Translations under genes and position numbers: made by a program
Notes under the pieces: model-generated
The model's database searches: none
Seen by the model: only the letters and a program-made list of their open reading frames with translations
What the model was told of the DNA's origin: nothing
Part shown: piece after piece, positions 20,196 through 30,319 of the stretch
How positions within the stretch are numbered: the stretch's first letter is position 1
Layout of the letters: each line of letters opens with the position of its first letter
NCBI RefSeq assembly: GCF_000247565.1
Contig: NC_016893.1
Coordinates: forward strand, 570,001 to 602,000
Reading direction: 5' to 3'
DNA from: Wigglesworthia glossinidia endosymbiont of Glossina morsitans morsitans (Yale colony)
GTDB taxonomy: Bacteria > Pseudomonadota > Gammaproteobacteria > Enterobacterales > Enterobacteriaceae
Length of the DNA stretch: 32,000 nucleotides

Positions 20196-20690
20196 ATGAT
20201 TCAAAAAGAAATGATAGCACATTTAAATAAACAACTTAATCTTGAGTTATTTTCATCTAACTTATATCTTCAAATGAGTGTTTGGTGCAATAATAATAAA
20301 TTATTAGAAGGGTGTAAATTTTTTAAACAACAATCTAACGAAGAAATGAATCATATGTATCGTTTATTTGACTATTTAAATGATTCAGACAGTACGCCTA
20401 GAATAGGAGCTATCGATGCACCTCCAGAACATTTCCCATCTTTCAAAGATATCATTCAATTTTCTTATGACCACGAAAAAATGATTAGTAAAAGAATTCA
20501 TAAAATATCACATTATGCAACAGAAATTCAAGATTATCGAACTTTTCATTTTTTAAAATGGTACGTTTCAGAACAATATGAAGAAGAAAGAATGTTTAAA
20601 TCTATTTTAGATCGAATAGAGCTGATAAATTCTGATATGCATGGATTATATTTTATTGATCAAAGTTTAAAAGAAATTCGAAAAGTGTAA
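20196..20690 (+). CDS. ftnA: Non-haem ferritin
   Basis: 164 aa. LNKQLNLELFSSNLYLQMS.WC, EEMNHMYRLFDYL, DHEKMI, FHFLKWYVSEQYEEERMFKSI and GLYFID align with E. coli FtnA. Residues equivalent to the ferroxidase ligands (E17, Y24, E49/E50, H53, E94, E126/Q127/E129/E130) appear conserved. Confidence 0.9.
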   Translation: MIQKEMIAHLNKQLNLELFSSNLYLQMSVWCNNNKLLEGCKFFKQQSNEEMNHMYRLFDYLNDSDSTPRIGAIDAPPEHFPSFKDIIQFSYDHEKMISKRIHKISHYATEIQDYRTFHFLKWYVSEQYEEERMFKSILDRIELINSDMHGLYFIDQSLKEIRKV

Positions 20691-20917
20691 TTGTTATATT
20701 AAAATATAATTTTTAAATATTATTAAAAAATTAGCGTATCAATATTTCATTTAAAAAATGCAATCTTAATTATAAGATTTATTTTTAACAGCTAATTAGT
20801 GTTTTTAAAAAAATTAAATTTAAAATTTAATTGTTTATTTCAAGAATAAATTTTTTTAAATAAAAATATTCGTATTTAACTGATATTATTATTTATAATA
20901 GTTATTATAAAAGAGAT

Positions 20918-21841
20918 ATGCACATACCAGTAATGTTAAATGAAGTAATTCATGTAATTAATATTATTCCAAGCGGAACATATATTGATGCAACTTTTGG
21001 AGGAGGGGGTCATACAAAAAAAATTTTATCTAAATTAAATTCTCAAGGTCAAATAATCGTTATTGATCGAGATCCACTTGCTATAAAAATAGCAAGCAAC
21101 CTCCAAGATCCTAGAATTAAAGTTATTCACGGAAATTTTTCATCAATTACACAATATGCAAAAAAATATAATCTTATTGGAAAAGTTAATGGAATTTTGT
21201 TTGATTTTGGGATTTCTTCTTTCCAAATTGACGATAAAAATAGAGGATTTTCATTTTTACAAGATGGTCCATTAGATATGCGTATGAATAACATGCACGG
21301 AATATCTGCAGCAGATTGGATAAACCGTGCAAAATTATCAGAAATTTATTTTGTATTAAAAAATTTTGGAGAAGAACGTTATGCAAAAAAAATAGCACAA
21401 GCTATTATAGAAAATAAAAAAAGAAAATTAATTACTAAAACAAGCGAATTGTCATCTATAATATGCAATACATGTGGTATTTACTATCAAAAAAATAAAC
21501 ATCCAGCACGTAGAAGTTTTCAAGCAATTCGGATACACATCAATAATGAGTTAAAAGAAATAAAAGAGACGCTAAAACAAATATTAACTTTATTAAAAGA
21601 AAACGGTCGAATAGTTTTTATTAGCTTTCATTCACTCGAAGATCGTATAATAAAAAATTTTATTAACTATAATAGTAAAATACAAATTCATCCTCATAAT
21701 CTACCGATTTTAGAAAGTCAAATACAAAAAAAATTTCCAGTCAAGTTAAAAAAATTTAAAAAAATTAAACCATCTCAACAAGAGATATCAAATAATCTTC
21801 GCTCGAAAAGTGCTATTTTACGTTTTGTAGAAAAAATTTAG
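20918..21841 (+). CDS. rsmH: 16S rRNA (cytosine1402-N4)-methyltransferase RsmH/MraW
   Basis: 307 aa. YIDATFGGGGH, IDRDP, GILFDFGISSFQIDD..RGFSF..DGPLDMRM, GEERYAKKIA and ISFHSLEDRIIK match E. coli RsmH. First gene of the dcw cluster here. Confidence 0.95.
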   Translation: MHIPVMLNEVIHVINIIPSGTYIDATFGGGGHTKKILSKLNSQGQIIVIDRDPLAIKIASNLQDPRIKVIHGNFSSITQYAKKYNLIGKVNGILFDFGISSFQIDDKNRGFSFLQDGPLDMRMNNMHGISAADWINRAKLSEIYFVLKNFGEERYAKKIAQAIIENKKRKLITKTSELSSIICNTCGIYYQKNKHPARRSFQAIRIHINNELKEIKETLKQILTLLKENGRIVFISFHSLEDRIIKNFINYNSKIQIHPHNLPILESQIQKKFPVKLKKFKKIKPSQQEISNNLRSKSAILRFVEKI

Positions 21842-22166
21842 ATGATAAAAACAAAAAAAAAATCTTACAAAAATAATTTTACAAGATATATTAAATTATT
21901 CTAAATTATCAATAGTAATAGTATTACTAATAATTATTACATCGATATTTTCAATTTATATTAAATATCAAACACGTTACTCTATTTATGAATATGAACG
22001 TATTTTATTTGATCAAGTTTCACTAGAAAATGAATGGAGCCATTTAATATTAGAAGAATATACATTAAGTAATCATCGTCGAATTGAATTATTTGCGCTT
22101 AAAACATTAAATATGTGTCACATAGATTTGTTAAAAGAAAATATTATAATTTATGCTATTAAATAA
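21842..22166 (+). CDS. ftsL: Cell division protein FtsL, interrupted by a frame change at an A10 tract
   Basis: Not in the ORF track. ATG 21842 opens a 20-codon frame (MIKTKKKSYKNNFTRYIKLF*, stop 21902-21904). The neighbouring frame is open from 21849 to TAA 22164-22166. It encodes LQDILNYSKLSIVIVLLIIITSIFSIY...YERILFDQVSLENEWSHLILEEYTLSNHRRIELFALKTLNMCHIDLLKENIII, which aligns with the E. coli FtsL TM helix and coiled coil ([48 protein letters not shown]). This frame has no ATG, GTG or TTG before the late NMCH Met. The two frames meet at A10 (21853-21862). Conserved position between rsmH and ftsI. Confidence 0.75.
21853..21862 (+). repeat. A10 homopolymer at the ftsL frame junction
   Basis: Counted directly: ac + 10 x a + tct. 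Removing one A or adding two joins ATG 21842 to the conserved FtsL frame. Confidence 0.9.
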
Positions 22167-22183
22167 TTTAAATATATTTTTAT

Positions 22184-23875
22184 ATGAAAATTTTTATAAT
22201 TAAATGGCGTTTTTTAATTTTGTTAAGTTTTATTTTGATTTTTTTGTTAAGTTTAATCATGCGAATAACTTATTTGCAAATTATTAATCCAAATAATTTA
22301 ATCCATGAAAGCAACATGAGATCTTTGCGTATAGAAACCATACCTGTTTCAAGAGGTATGATTCTAGATAGAAATAAACATCCTCTTGCAGTTAGTGTAC
22401 CAGTACATGCTATATGGGTAGATCCTAAAGAATTGAATAATCGTGGTGGAATTATTAAAAATATATATTGGGAAGCATTATCAAACGCATTATCTATTTC
22501 TTTTGAACAATTGTTTCAACGTATTAACAATAATCCAAATAGCCGTTTTGTATATTTAGCACGTCAAGTAAATTCTGAAATTGGTGAATATATTCATCAG
22601 TTAAATTTACCAGGTATACATTTAAAAGAAGAATCACGTAGGTATTATCCTATCGGACAAGCAGCAGCACACATTATTGGAATAACAAACATTGATGGTC
22701 AAGGTATTGAGGGGCTTGAAAAAAGCTTTGATCCATGGTTATCTGGAATTCCAGGAAAAAGAAAAATTAGAAAAGATAGGTTTGGAAAAATTATTGAACA
22801 TATTATATTAAAAAAAACTCAAAAATCTAAAAATTTAATATTAAGCATTGACGGAAATTTACAAACTATAGTATATAAAAAATTAAAAAAATCAGTAGCT
22901 TTAAATAAAGCAGAATCAGGTACTGCAATTTTAGTTGATGTAAATACCGGTGAAATATTGGCTATGACAAATGTCCCTTCATATAATCCTAATAATCTCA
23001 CTAAAACTAATAATAGTATGATGCGTAATAGAGCTATTACAGATATTTTTGAACCAGGTTCTATTATTAAACCAATAGTGATCGTTTCTGCTTTGCAAAA
23101 AGGTGTTATCACAGAAAATAGTATTATTGATACACGCCCTTATGTTCTAAATGGATATCGTATAAAAGATGTAGTAGATTATGAAAGTTTAACAATAGAA
23201 GGAATTTTAAAAAAATCTAGTAACGTAGGTGTATCCAAAATAGCATTATCTATGCCAATAGAAACTCTTTTGGAAACATATCAATTATTTGGTCTAGATA
23301 AATCTACTAAATTAGGTTTGATTGGAGAAAGTAATGGTTTTTTTCCAAAAAATAAAAAATGGACTGGAATTGAAAAAGCTACACTTTCTTATGGATATGG
23401 TTTAATGGTAACTCCATTACAATTAGCACAAGTATATACGACAATAGGTGGGATTGGATTTATGCATCCTTTATCTATTATAAAAATAAATAAAACTAAT
23501 ATCGGTAAACAAATATTTTCACCAATAATAATACGTCAGGTAATTCGTATGATGGAAAGTGTTGCATTACCTGGGGGTAGCGGTGTACAAGCAGCTGTAC
23601 ATGGATATAGGATAGCTGTAAAAACAGGAACTTCTAAAAAAGTGGGATCTGATGGAATTTACGTGAATAAATATATTGCATGTGCTGCAGGTATAGCGCC
23701 GGTAGAAAATCCTCGTTTTGCATTAGTTGTCGTAATTAATGATCCAAAAGGAGGTAGATATTATGGTGGTTCTGTATCTGCTCCAGTATTTAGTGAGATT
23801 ATGAATATTGTATTGCATTACATGAATATTCTGCCAGACAAATTGCCCGAGAATACTACAATAGTAAATCGTTAA
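22184..23875 (+). CDS. ftsI: Peptidoglycan D,D-transpeptidase FtsI (PBP3)
   Basis: 563 aa. MRSLRIETIPVSRGMILDRN, PGIHLKEESRRYYP, GIEGLEKSFD, active-site SXXK (GSIIKP), SSN (KSSNVGVSK) and KTGT all align with E. coli FtsI. Confidence 0.96.
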   Translation: MKIFIIKWRFLILLSFILIFLLSLIMRITYLQIINPNNLIHESNMRSLRIETIPVSRGMILDRNKHPLAVSVPVHAIWVDPKELNNRGGIIKNIYWEALSNALSISFEQLFQRINNNPNSRFVYLARQVNSEIGEYIHQLNLPGIHLKEESRRYYPIGQAAAHIIGITNIDGQGIEGLEKSFDPWLSGIPGKRKIRKDRFGKIIEHIILKKTQKSKNLILSIDGNLQTIVYKKLKKSVALNKAESGTAILVDVNTGEILAMTNVPSYNPNNLTKTNNSMMRNRAITDIFEPGSIIKPIVIVSALQKGVITENSIIDTRPYVLNGYRIKDVVDYESLTIEGILKKSSNVGVSKIALSMPIETLLETYQLFGLDKSTKLGLIGESNGFFPKNKKWTGIEKATLSYGYGLMVTPLQLAQVYTTIGGIGFMHPLSIIKINKTNIGKQIFSPIIIRQVIRMMESVALPGGSGVQAAVHGYRIAVKTGTSKKVGSDGIYVNKYIACAAGIAPVENPRFALVVVINDPKGGRYYGGSVSAPVFSEIMNIVLHYMNILPDKLPENTTIVNR

Positions 23876-23886
23876 AAAAATAAAAA

Positions 23887-25383
23887 ATGGTTAATTATAT
23901 AGATTTAAAAAAATTAATTTTTCCTTGGGTTTCTTCAAAAGAAATTCCCAGTATTAAATTAGATAATTTGACATTAAATAGCAAAAAAGTAACTCAAAAT
24001 ACTTTATTTATTGCTATATCGGGAAATAAACAACACGGAAAAAAATTTATTTTTGAAGCAATTCAAAATGGATCTACAGCCATACTTGTAGAAACAAATA
24101 ATATGCGTAAACATGGAAAAATGTATTATGTTAATACAATACCGATAATTTATTTTTATCAGTTAAATCGTCATCTTTCAGAATTATCAGGTAAATTTTA
24201 TTATCATCCGTCAAAATATATGCAATTAATTGGTATTACAGGGACAAATGGAAAAACTACAGTGGCATATTTTATTACACAATGGCTGAATTTTTTAGGA
24301 AAAAAAAGCGGTATTATGGGTACTTTAGGATATGGGCAGATTAACAAACTTCATAAATCCGAAAACACTACTTATTCTGCTATTAAATGTCAAAAAGTTT
24401 TAAAAAATTTTTTGAAAAAAAATATTCGCATTATTTCTATGGAAGTATCTTCACATGGATTATCTCAAGATAGAGTAAATTACTTGTATTTTACAATAGC
24501 TGTTTTTACTAACTTAAGTCATGAACATTTAGATTATCATAAAAATATGATTCAATATGAGAATTCAAAATGGAAATTATTTTCCGAATTATCTGTATCA
24601 AAATATATTATTAATATCGACGATAATGTTGGAAAAAATTGGGCAAAAAAATTTCCTCAAGCTATTATAGTTTCTACAAAATATAATTTATCTAAAAAAT
24701 TTAAAAATCTTAAAATATATGTAAAAAAAATTTTTTTTCACTGTTATGGAACAAAAATAACAATTGTTTCTAGTTGGGGCACAGAAATAGTAAATGTAAA
24801 ATTATTTGGAAAATTTAATATTAATAATTTATTAATTGCCTGCGCTGTATTATTAATACAAGGACATTCTTTTACAAGAATTTTAAATTATATTGAAAAA
24901 ATTCATATGCCTCAAGGACGTATGGAAATATTTTATTTGAAAAAATTACCTAAAATTATTATAGATTATGCTCATACTCCAGATGCTTTAGAAAAATTGT
25001 TAATTACAATAAAATTGCATTTTAAAACAGATATGTATGTTATATTTGGATGTGGAGGTAATCGAGATCGTGAAAAGCGTGCAATAATGGGTAAAATATG
25101 CGAGAAATATGCTAAAAATATTATCATTACAAATGATAATCCTCGATATGAAAATGAAGAACAAATATTTTCTGATATTAAAATTGGAATAAAAAATTTT
25201 AATAATGTTAAATTTATTCCATCTAGAAAAAAAGCTATAAAATTTGCTGTTCAAAACAGTAATAAAAAAGATATTGTTATGATTTTAGGAAAAGGTCATG
25301 AAGAATATCAACAATTTTATTCTCAAAAATATTTTTATTCAGACAAAATTGTTGTAAAAGAAATATTAAAAAAAATCATATGA
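23887..25383 (+). CDS. murE: UDP-N-acetylmuramoyl-L-alanyl-D-glutamate--2,6-diaminopimelate ligase
   Basis: 498 aa. GITGTNGKTT, MEVSSHGL, FTNLSHEHLDYH, DYAHTPDALEKLL, FGCGGNRDREKR, NDNPRYE and GKGHEEYQ match E. coli MurE. Confidence 0.96.
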   Translation: MVNYIDLKKLIFPWVSSKEIPSIKLDNLTLNSKKVTQNTLFIAISGNKQHGKKFIFEAIQNGSTAILVETNNMRKHGKMYYVNTIPIIYFYQLNRHLSELSGKFYYHPSKYMQLIGITGTNGKTTVAYFITQWLNFLGKKSGIMGTLGYGQINKLHKSENTTYSAIKCQKVLKNFLKKNIRIISMEVSSHGLSQDRVNYLYFTIAVFTNLSHEHLDYHKNMIQYENSKWKLFSELSVSKYIINIDDNVGKNWAKKFPQAIIVSTKYNLSKKFKNLKIYVKKIFFHCYGTKITIVSSWGTEIVNVKLFGKFNINNLLIACAVLLIQGHSFTRILNYIEKIHMPQGRMEIFYLKKLPKIIIDYAHTPDALEKLLITIKLHFKTDMYVIFGCGGNRDREKRAIMGKICEKYAKNIIITNDNPRYENEEQIFSDIKIGIKNFNNVKFIPSRKKAIKFAVQNSNKKDIVMILGKGHEEYQQFYSQKYFYSDKIVVKEILKKII

Positions 25384-26765
25384 TTCCTTTATATTTAAAA
25401 GATATATCTTGTATTTTGAATGTTCCATATATAGGAAAAAACTGTAAAATTCATACAATATCTATTGATTCGAGAACAATTAAAAAAAATCAAAAATGTA
25501 TTTTCGTGACTATTCAAGGAAAAAAAAATAATAGCGAAATTTTTATACATGAAGCAATTAAAAATGGAGCCATTGCTATTTTAAATACCAGATTATTACC
25601 AATTGATATGCCTCAAATTATTGTTCGTAATACCATAGAAGCTTTAAGAAAAATTGCCAAGTGGTTGCGTAATAAGATTAATGTCAAAATTGTTGCAATT
25701 ACTGGATCATGCGGTAAAACTTCAGTAAAAGAAATGGTATTTAAAATTTTGAATATATGTGAAAAAACACTTGCAACAAAAAAAAATTTTAACAATACCT
25801 TAGGCGTATTGTTAACATTATTAGAATTAAAAAAAGAACATAAATTTGCAGTAATAGAAGTAGGAGGCAGTCGATTCAATGAAATCCAACATTCTTCATA
25901 TTTAATACGCCCAAATTTAATATTAATTAATAATATTGTAGAATCACATCTACTAGGTTTTCGCTCTTTGTATGGCGTTTCTCAAGCAAAAGGAGAAATT
26001 TTTTCTGGCATGTTAAATGACAGCATGATACTTTTAAATTCTGATAGTCATAATTGGTCATTATGGAAAAATAAAATAAAAAATCAATCAGTTTTTTGGT
26101 TTGGATTAAAAAAATGTCAGAAAAATTTTTTTCATTTAATTGATATAATCCAAAAAAATTTAATAACAAAAATACGATTAAATACCCCAACTGGAACATT
26201 AAATATTAAACTAAATACAATAGGAAATCATAATATATCAAATGCTATAGCAGCAAGTATATTATCGTATTTATTAGGCGTAAATTTATGTACTATAGCA
26301 TTTGGATTAAAAAATTTTTTTTCATTTCCAGGAAGATTATTTCCTATTTTTTTAAACAAGAATCAAATATTATTCGATGATAGTTATAATGCTAATATAG
26401 GATCTATGATTGCAGCTATTTCAGTATTAAGAAAAATGCCAGGATATCGCGTAATAATTATTGGTGATATGTTAGATCTTGGTGTAAACAACGGAATTTT
26501 TTTTCATAAAAAATTAGGAACAGTTTTATCGCAATCTAATATTCATCGAGTTTTTAGTATTGGCTATATGAGTCAGTATTCAAGTTATATAAGCAAAAAA
26601 GGCAAACATTATTATGATATAGAATTATTATTACAAGATATTATGCAAATTCTCAACCAATATCCGATAACTACTATTTTAGCGAAAGGTTCACATGATA
26701 CTCAAATATATAAAATAGTGCAAATATTAATAAGGAACACTAAATATGCTAGCATTTTTATTTGA
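25380..26765 (+). CDS. murF: UDP-N-acetylmuramoyl-tripeptide--D-alanyl-D-alanine ligase
   Basis: 461 aa. [57 protein letters not shown] and [11 protein letters not shown] align with E. coli MurF. Its start overlaps the murE stop (ATGA). Confidence 0.95.
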   Translation: MIPLYLKDISCILNVPYIGKNCKIHTISIDSRTIKKNQKCIFVTIQGKKNNSEIFIHEAIKNGAIAILNTRLLPIDMPQIIVRNTIEALRKIAKWLRNKINVKIVAITGSCGKTSVKEMVFKILNICEKTLATKKNFNNTLGVLLTLLELKKEHKFAVIEVGGSRFNEIQHSSYLIRPNLILINNIVESHLLGFRSLYGVSQAKGEIFSGMLNDSMILLNSDSHNWSLWKNKIKNQSVFWFGLKKCQKNFFHLIDIIQKNLITKIRLNTPTGTLNIKLNTIGNHNISNAIAASILSYLLGVNLCTIAFGLKNFFSFPGRLFPIFLNKNQILFDDSYNANIGSMIAAISVLRKMPGYRVIIIGDMLDLGVNNGIFFHKKLGTVLSQSNIHRVFSIGYMSQYSSYISKKGKHYYDIELLLQDIMQILNQYPITTILAKGSHDTQIYKIVQILIRNTKYASIFI

Positions 26766-27828
26766 AAAATTAATGCATATTTGTTCTGTTTTTAATATTT
26801 TTTCATACTTAACAGTACGTGCTATTACTGGTTTATTTACAGCTTTTTTCTTATCACTTTGGTTTGGTCCTTACATTATTGCTTTCTTAAAAAAATTTCA
26901 GATTAATCAAATTATTCGCACAGATGGTCCAGAATCTCATTTATATAAAAATGACACTCCAACAATGGGAGGAATTATGATTTTAGTTACAATCATTATT
27001 TCTACACTTGTTTGGTGTCGTTTATCTAATCCTTATGTTTGGTACGTGTTATATATATTAATAGGGTATGGAATAGTAGGATTTTATGATGATTACATGA
27101 AAATTATCAAAAATAATTCTAAAGGGTTATCGGCAAAATGGAAATATTTTTGGCAATCAATTATAGCAATAATTATTGCTATTTTAATATTTTTAAAATA
27201 TCAAAATTCTAACGTTACACAGCTGGTTATACCTTTTTTTAAAGAGGTTATGCCTCAATTGGGATGGTGGTATATTATTACTACTTATTTAGTAATTGTT
27301 GGAACTAGTAATGCAGTGAACTTAACAGATGGTTTAGACGGTTTAGCTATTATGCCAACAGTTTTTATTGCTTCCGGTTTTTCAATAATATCATGGATAA
27401 CTGGAAATATACATTTTGCTTATTATTTAAACATTCCTTATATTCAATTTTCCGGGGAATTAGTAATAATATGTGCTTCTATTGTTGGAGCAGGCTTAGG
27501 GTTTTTATGGTTTAATGCATACCCTGCGCAAATTTTTATGGGCGACGTAGGATCATTAGCTTTAGGTGGAGGATTAGGAATAATTTCTGTTTTAGTAAGA
27601 CAAGAAATATTATTGTTTATCATGGGTGGAATATTTGTATTAGAAACAATTTCTGTTATTTTACAAGTAATATGTTTTAAATTTTTTGGTCAAAGAATTT
27701 TTCGTATGGCGCCAATTCATCATCATTATGAATTACGAGGATGTCCGGAACCTAGAGTAATAGTACGATTTTGGATTATTTCTTTTATTTTGGTTTTATT
27801 AGGGATTTTAACATTAAAAATGAGATAA
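26746..27828 (+). CDS. mraY: Phospho-N-acetylmuramoyl-pentapeptide transferase
   Basis: 360 aa, the same length as E. coli MraY and highly similar. Matches include [65 protein letters not shown] and [24 protein letters not shown]. Overlaps the murF 3' end by 20 nt. Confidence 0.98.
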   Translation: MLAFLFEKLMHICSVFNIFSYLTVRAITGLFTAFFLSLWFGPYIIAFLKKFQINQIIRTDGPESHLYKNDTPTMGGIMILVTIIISTLVWCRLSNPYVWYVLYILIGYGIVGFYDDYMKIIKNNSKGLSAKWKYFWQSIIAIIIAILIFLKYQNSNVTQLVIPFFKEVMPQLGWWYIITTYLVIVGTSNAVNLTDGLDGLAIMPTVFIASGFSIISWITGNIHFAYYLNIPYIQFSGELVIICASIVGAGLGFLWFNAYPAQIFMGDVGSLALGGGLGIISVLVRQEILLFIMGGIFVLETISVILQVICFKFFGQRIFRMAPIHHHYELRGCPEPRVIVRFWIISFILVLLGILTLKMR

Positions 27829-27835
27829 AATATAA

Positions 27836-29152
27836 ATGATATCCTATTTAGGAAAAAAAATTATTATTATTGGATTAGGAAAAACAGGGCTTTCCTGTAT
27901 AAATTTTTTTTATCGTCAAGGTGTTAAGCCATGGTTAATGGATGAAGATAATTCACCAAAATTTTTAAAACAAATTCCATCGGATCTTCCCTGTCATTTA
28001 GGAAGTTTAAATATAGCATGGATATTAAAATCTACATTAATTGTGATTAGTCCAGGAGTACCTTTATCACATCCATCATTAATTGCTGCAAAAAAAGCAA
28101 AAATAGAAATTATTGGAGATATAGAATTATTTGCAAGAGAAGCACAAAAACCAATTATAGCCATTACTGGATCTAATGGAAAAAGTACGGTAACAGCAAT
28201 GCTCGGAAAAATAGCTTCTTATGCAGGTATCCCAGTAGGTATGGGAGGTAATTTAGGTACACCAGCATTAAATTTATTAAACAAAAAAGACTGTCAATTA
28301 TATATTATTGAGGTATCAAGTTTTCAATTAGAAAGTACATTTAAGTTAAATACATTAGTTTCATCAATATTGAATGTTACTCATGATCATATGGACCGCT
28401 ATCCTTTAGGAATAAATCAATATCGTGCATATAAATTAAAAATTTATAGCTATTCAAAAATAAACTTAATAAATTTAGATGACCCATTAACATGGCCAAT
28501 TGATAACGATAATAAAAATTGTGTAGGATTTTCAAAAAATTCAGGCACATATCAAATTAAAAACATTCACAATGATATGTGGTTAGTAGCAAACAAACAA
28601 ATTGTATTAAAATGTTCACATATGAAAATACGAGGTTATCATAATTATATGAATGCATTGTCTGCATTAGCAATTGCAGATATTGTAAATTTTCCTCGTA
28701 TAGCTATCGTAAAAGCATTAAAAAACTTTTCTGGATTATCACACAGATTTCAATTAGTCTTAAAAAGAAACAATGTTATTTGGATTAATGATTCTAAATC
28801 TACAAATGTAGAAAGCACTAAAACAGCTTTAATGTCAACAAATACTCAAGGAAACATTCATTTGTTATTAGGAGGCGATAGCAAATCAGCTAACTTGTTA
28901 ACATTGTCAAACATTTTAAAAAGGAAAAAAGTTAAGTTATATTGCTTCGGAAAAGACGCATATCTATTATCTAAAATACATACTAATGCGGAAGTTAGTT
29001 GTACGTTAAAACAATCAATCATAAAAATTAAAAAAAATATACATTCCGGGGATGTCGTACTATTATCGCCAGCTTGTTCTAGTTTAGATCAATTCAAAAA
29101 TTTTAAAGATCGGGGAAATCGTTTTATTCAACTTGCAAAACAATTTGGATAA
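27836..29152 (+). CDS. murD: UDP-N-acetylmuramoylalanine--D-glutamate ligase
   Basis: 438 aa, as in E. coli Mur[62 protein letters not shown] and [20 protein letters not shown] are present. Confidence 0.96.
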   Translation: MISYLGKKIIIIGLGKTGLSCINFFYRQGVKPWLMDEDNSPKFLKQIPSDLPCHLGSLNIAWILKSTLIVISPGVPLSHPSLIAAKKAKIEIIGDIELFAREAQKPIIAITGSNGKSTVTAMLGKIASYAGIPVGMGGNLGTPALNLLNKKDCQLYIIEVSSFQLESTFKLNTLVSSILNVTHDHMDRYPLGINQYRAYKLKIYSYSKINLINLDDPLTWPIDNDNKNCVGFSKNSGTYQIKNIHNDMWLVANKQIVLKCSHMKIRGYHNYMNALSALAIADIVNFPRIAIVKALKNFSGLSHRFQLVLKRNNVIWINDSKSTNVESTKTALMSTNTQGNIHLLLGGDSKSANLLTLSNILKRKKVKLYCFGKDAYLLSKIHTNAEVSCTLKQSIIKIKKNIHSGDVVLLSPACSSLDQFKNFKDRGNRFIQLAKQFG

Positions 29153-29167
29153 ATTAAATATGTATAA

Positions 29168-30319
29168 ATGAAATATAAGTATAAAACAAATGAAGTTGCA
29201 AATATATCATTTTATGATAAAAAATTACTATTTTTAATTTTAGTGTTAAGTGTGATCGGGCTTATTATGGTTGCATCAGCATCTATATCATTTGGCAGTA
29301 GATTACATAATGATCCATTTTATTTTACAAAACGTAACTTTTTTTATTTTTTAATATCTTTTTTAATATTTTTTCAAATATTAAAATATCCAACAAGTTC
29401 TTGGGAAAATTATAGCCGAATAAATTTATTTGGAACTCTTTTTTTATTGTGCACCATATTTTTATATGGAGATACTATTAATGGAGCAACAAGATGGATA
29501 TCTATAGGATCATTACATTTTCAACCTTCAGAATGGTCTAAGTTAGTATTATTTTTTTATATTTCACATTATATAGTAAGAAAAAAAGAAGAACTTAAAA
29601 ATACTTTTTGGGGTCTTTTTAAGCCTATTATTATTACTTTAATATTTATAATATTACTACTTATGCAGCCTGATCTTGGAAATGCGTTAATTTTATTTTT
29701 TACTACTTTAATTTTGTTATTTTTAGCAGGAATTAAATTGTGGCAATTTTTTTCTATATTTTTATTCGGATTATTAACTATTACGATATTAATCGTTTAT
29801 AAGCCGTATAGAATACGCAGAATATTAGCTTTTTGGAATCCTTGGAACGATCCTTTTGATAGTGGATATCAAATAACACAATCATTAATGGCTTTTGGAA
29901 GAGGGAAATTTTTTGGTACCGGACTAGGTAATTCTATACAAAAATTAGAGTATTTACCGGAATCACATACAGATTTTATTTTTTCTGTTTTAGGAGAAGA
30001 ACTTGGATATTTAGGATCAATACTAATATTATCTATGATATTTTTAATGTCTATACGTACACTATATATCGGAAAAAGATCTTTAAAAAATCACAATAAA
30101 GTACCTGGATATTTTTCTTATGCAATAGGAATATGGTTAAGTTTGCAAACAATTATGAATGTCGGAGGAGTTATAGGTATTTTACCGGTAAAAGGATTAA
30201 CTTTACCTTTAATCAGTTATGGAGGTTCCAGTTTAATTACTATTTTAGTATCATTGGCATTTGTATTAAGATTAGATTTTGAATTACGTTTAAAAAAATA
30301 TCAAGCAATTAATTTATGA
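29168..30319 (+). CDS. ftsW: Peptidoglycan glycosyltransferase / divisome protein FtsW
   Basis: 383 aa polytopic membrane protein. NDPFYFTKR, GATRWISIGSLHFQPSEWSKL, QPDLGN, KPYRIRRILAFWNPWNDPFDSGYQITQSLMAFGRG, LPESHTDFIFSVLGEELGY and GLTLPLISYGGSS align with E. coli FtsW. Confidence 0.96.
   Translation: MKYKYKTNEVANISFYDKKLLFLILVLSVIGLIMVASASISFGSRLHNDPFYFTKRNFFYFLISFLIFFQILKYPTSSWENYSRINLFGTLFLLCTIFLYGDTINGATRWISIGSLHFQPSEWSKLVLFFYISHYIVRKKEELKNTFWGLFKPIIITLIFIILLLMQPDLGNALILFFTTLILLFLAGIKLWQFFSIFLFGLLTITILIVYKPYRIRRILAFWNPWNDPFDSGYQITQSLMAFGRGKFFGTGLGNSIQKLEYLPESHTDFIFSVLGEELGYLGSILILSMIFLMSIRTLYIGKRSLKNHNKVPGYFSYAIGIWLSLQTIMNVGGVIGILPVKGLTLPLISYGGSSLITILVSLAFVLRLDFELRLKKYQAINL

Noticed and set aside
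20694-20714. The hairpin TTATATT-AA-AATATAA followed by T5 after ftnA, and the similar 6-bp AT hairpin after rpsO at 10011-10028, considered as intrinsic terminators.
   Set aside because: The stems are entirely A-T, only 6-7 bp long, and have loops too small to form. Predicted stability would be negligible, and they cannot be told apart from background.
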